From NCBI RefSeq assembly GCF_009914755.1, contig NC_060925.1: DNA of 64,000 bases; one strand, 5' to 3'. Below, piece after piece: positions 61,238 to 64,000 of this stretch (position 1 is its first letter; every line of letters starts with the position of its first letter). The translations under genes and the position numbers were made by a program. Under the pieces are notes generated by a model. The model saw only the letters and a program-made list of their open reading frames with translations, did not search any database and had not been told where the DNA came from. The stretch comes from the human T2T-CHM13v2.0 reference genome, Homo sapiens.

Positions 61238-62325
61238 GAGCAAAAGATTTGAACTTCACCAGAGAAGATATATGGATGACAAAGATAGCACTAATGATTA
61301 GGAAAATGCAAACTGAAACAGCAGAGCAAAATAAAACCACCATACCTACTAGAAAGGCTAAAAACCAAAAACAAAACAAAACAAAAACCAACAGTAGCAA
61401 GCACTGGCAGGGATTCAAAACAATGGAACTCTCACAAATTGCTGATAGGAATGCAAAATTATACAGTTACTTTGGGAAACAGTTTGGCAATTTCTTATTT
61501 ATTTATGAATGAATCAATGAATGCATGAATGAATGACAAGGTCTTACTCTGCCACCCAGGCTGGAGAGCAGTGGTGTGAACACGGCTCACTATAGCTTTG
61601 ACCTCCCAGGGATTCAAGTGATCCTCCCGCTTCAGCCTCCCAAGCACCTATGACTATACGCATGCACAACCACACCCAGCTAATTTTTTATTTTTTGTAG
61701 AGGTTGGGTCGCCCTATGTTGCCCGGGCTGGTCTCAAACCGCTGCGCTCAACTGATCCTCCTGCCTCAGCCTCCCAAAGTGGTGGGATTACAGATATAAG
61801 CCACCACCTGGCCATTTCTTACAAATTTAAATGCATACTTAGCATATGACCCACACATCCCACTCCTATTTACCCAAGAGAAATGAAAACTTACATTTAC
61901 ACAAAAACCTAGATATGAATGTTTACAGTAGCTTTTTGCATAAATTCCCCAAAAGAAGCAATCAAAATGTTCAACTGGCAAATAAACATCCACACAATGG
62001 AATATTACTCAGCAATACAAAAGGAAAAAATATTGTTACATGCAACAACAGTATGAATCTTTAGTGCATTATGTTAACTGAGAGAAACTAGACTCAAAAG
62101 ACTATCTACTGGTGGTCAAAATGGTTGCCACGGGATGGGAGAGTGTAAAGGAGGCTAACTACTAAGGTTCAGCATAAGGGAGGTTTTTTTTGGGGGGTGG
62201 GCAAGAGAATTGTTCTGTATCTTGATTGTGGTATTGGTTATACAACTCTATGCCTTTGTCAAAATTCACAGAACTGTACACCAAAAAGTGGATTTTACTG
62301 TATATAACTAATAAAAAATAAAAAT
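61238..62325 (+). mobile_element. L1ME/MD-type 3' fragment with an inserted Alu
   Basis: 'gcaaaagatttgaa...ttcaccagagaagatata...ggaactctcacaaattgctgataggaatgcaaaat...atatgaccca...cactcctatttacccaagagaaatgaaaac'. Confidence 0.75.
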
Positions 62326-62329
62326 TTAT

Positions 62330-62607
62330 AGTGGCTACATTTGAAAAGAAATAAAAGACTTGATATTAAAATTAATGTAATAGTTTAGTATATTTTACTT
62401 AATGTATTTGAAATGTGGTCATTTCAACTGTAATCAATATAAGAAATTACTCATGAGCTATTTTACATTCTTTTCTTTGTACTAAGTCTTGAGAACTTGG
62501 TGTGTATTTTATGCTTATAGGACATCTTAATTTGCGCTAGCCACATTTCAAGTGCTCAGTAGTCACATGTGACTAGAGACTACCATATGGGACAGTACAC
62601 GTCTAGA
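62330..62607. mobile_element. MER33/MER3-like hAT element
   Basis: 'ctagccacatttcaagtgctcagtagtcacatgtgactag...taccatatgggacagtaca'. Confidence 0.7.
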
Positions 62608-62793
62608 TCATGATTGGAAAAAAAGTAAAGTGTTTCCAGTCTTGAGCAACAATCATCAAATACAGAGTAAAATTTTTCCACCAAGTAGAATATACTACTT
62701 AAGCCGGGTACGGGGGCTTATACCTGTAATCCCAGCACTTTGGGAGGCCAAGGCAGGCGGATCACCTGAGGTCAAGAGTTTGAGACCAGCCTA

Positions 62794-62982
<189 letters not shown>

Positions 62983-64000
62983 TCAAAAAACAAACAAAAA
63001 AGCAAGAATATACTACTTAAAATTATCAGACTTAAAAAAAAATCTGTAAACAATCATAAGGAAAAGTTATAAAAATATTAATTCAAGTGAGTCATATTCT
63101 TGCCAATGCATCCAAAACTGGCATAACCTTCAAAGGCAGCCTCACTCTCTTGCTTGCGTCTTCTGGAATACTCCCTGCAAATGCCATTCCCTTTCATGTT
63201 GCATTTGCTCTTGTTTTCTTCTGCCTTCTTTTTTTTTTTTTTTTTTAGACGGAGTTTCACTTGCTGCCCAGGCTGGAGTGGAATGGCATGATCTTGGCTC
63301 ACTGCAACCTCCATCTCCCGAGTTCAAGCGATTCCTCTGCCTCAACCTCCCAAGTAGCTGTGATTACAAGCGCCCACCACCACGCCTGGCTAATTTTTGT
63401 ATTTTTAGTAGAGATGGGGTTTTACCATGTTGGCCAGGCTGGTCTCAAACTCCTGATCTCAGATGATCCACCTCAGCCTCCCAAAGTGTTGAGATTACAG
63501 GCGTAAGCCACTGCACCCAGCTGTCTTCTGCCCTGTTATCTCTTCCTCACTCCATACTTCACCCTGGTGAAAATTTACTTCTTTGAGTCCAAGTCCCAGT
63601 AGGCTTCCTTTTCCTGAAATCCCTGCTTCGTAGGGCAAGAACTAGGTCTTACTCTTTGCACAGTGGGCCCGCAACGCTGTTTTCTTCTTCTTCTTCTTTT
63701 TTTTTTTTTTGAGATGGAGTCTCGCTCTGTTGCCCAGGCTGGAGTGCAGTGACACAATCTCGGCTCACTGCAACCTCTGCCTCCTGGGTTCAAGCTATTC
63801 TCCTGCCTCAGCTTCCTGAGTAGCTGGGACTACAGGTGCACACCACCACGCCCAGCTAGTTTTTTATGTTTAGTAGAGACAGGGTTTCGCCATGCTGCCC
63901 AGGGTGGTATCAAACTCCTGAGTTCAGGCAATCCACCTGCCTTGGCCTCCCCATAGTGCTAGGATTGCAGGCATGAGCTACTGTGCCCAGCCTACTGTTC

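Overview
Primate (human or great-ape-like) genomic DNA, very Alu-dense. It contains one complete protein-coding gene, ZBTB8B, on the + strand: a CpG-island promoter at ~20.8-21.5 kb, a short non-coding exon 1, three coding exons that splice in frame to a 495-aa BTB/POZ + C2H2 zinc-finger protein, and a probable ~11-kb 3' UTR ending near 52.6 kb. Upstream lie a minus-strand HERV-I/HERVIP10F-type provirus (env and integrase remnants, tRNA-Pro PBS, LTR10 with an AP-1 repeat array) interrupted by an LTR13 solo LTR, an RPS2 retrocopy fragment, a 7SL pseudogene and MER11/THE1/MLT1 LTRs. Most of the ORF track is Alu-, repeat- or GC-derived artefact. I cannot claim a proven new biological system. The best leads are: (1) a ~460-bp YCAY-saturated tandem repeat just inside intron 2; (2) a 68-bp copy of the gene's own BTB exon sequence in intron 2; (3) a CX2CX17CX2C four-cysteine module plus a PINLS motif after the two C2H2 fingers; (4) an unexplained second CpG island at 56.3-56.9 kb, wedged between L1 relics; (5) inverted Alu pairs in the long 3' UTR. 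Repeat subfamily names are from recall of consensus sequences, and repeat boundaries are approximate unless termini or TSDs are quoted.
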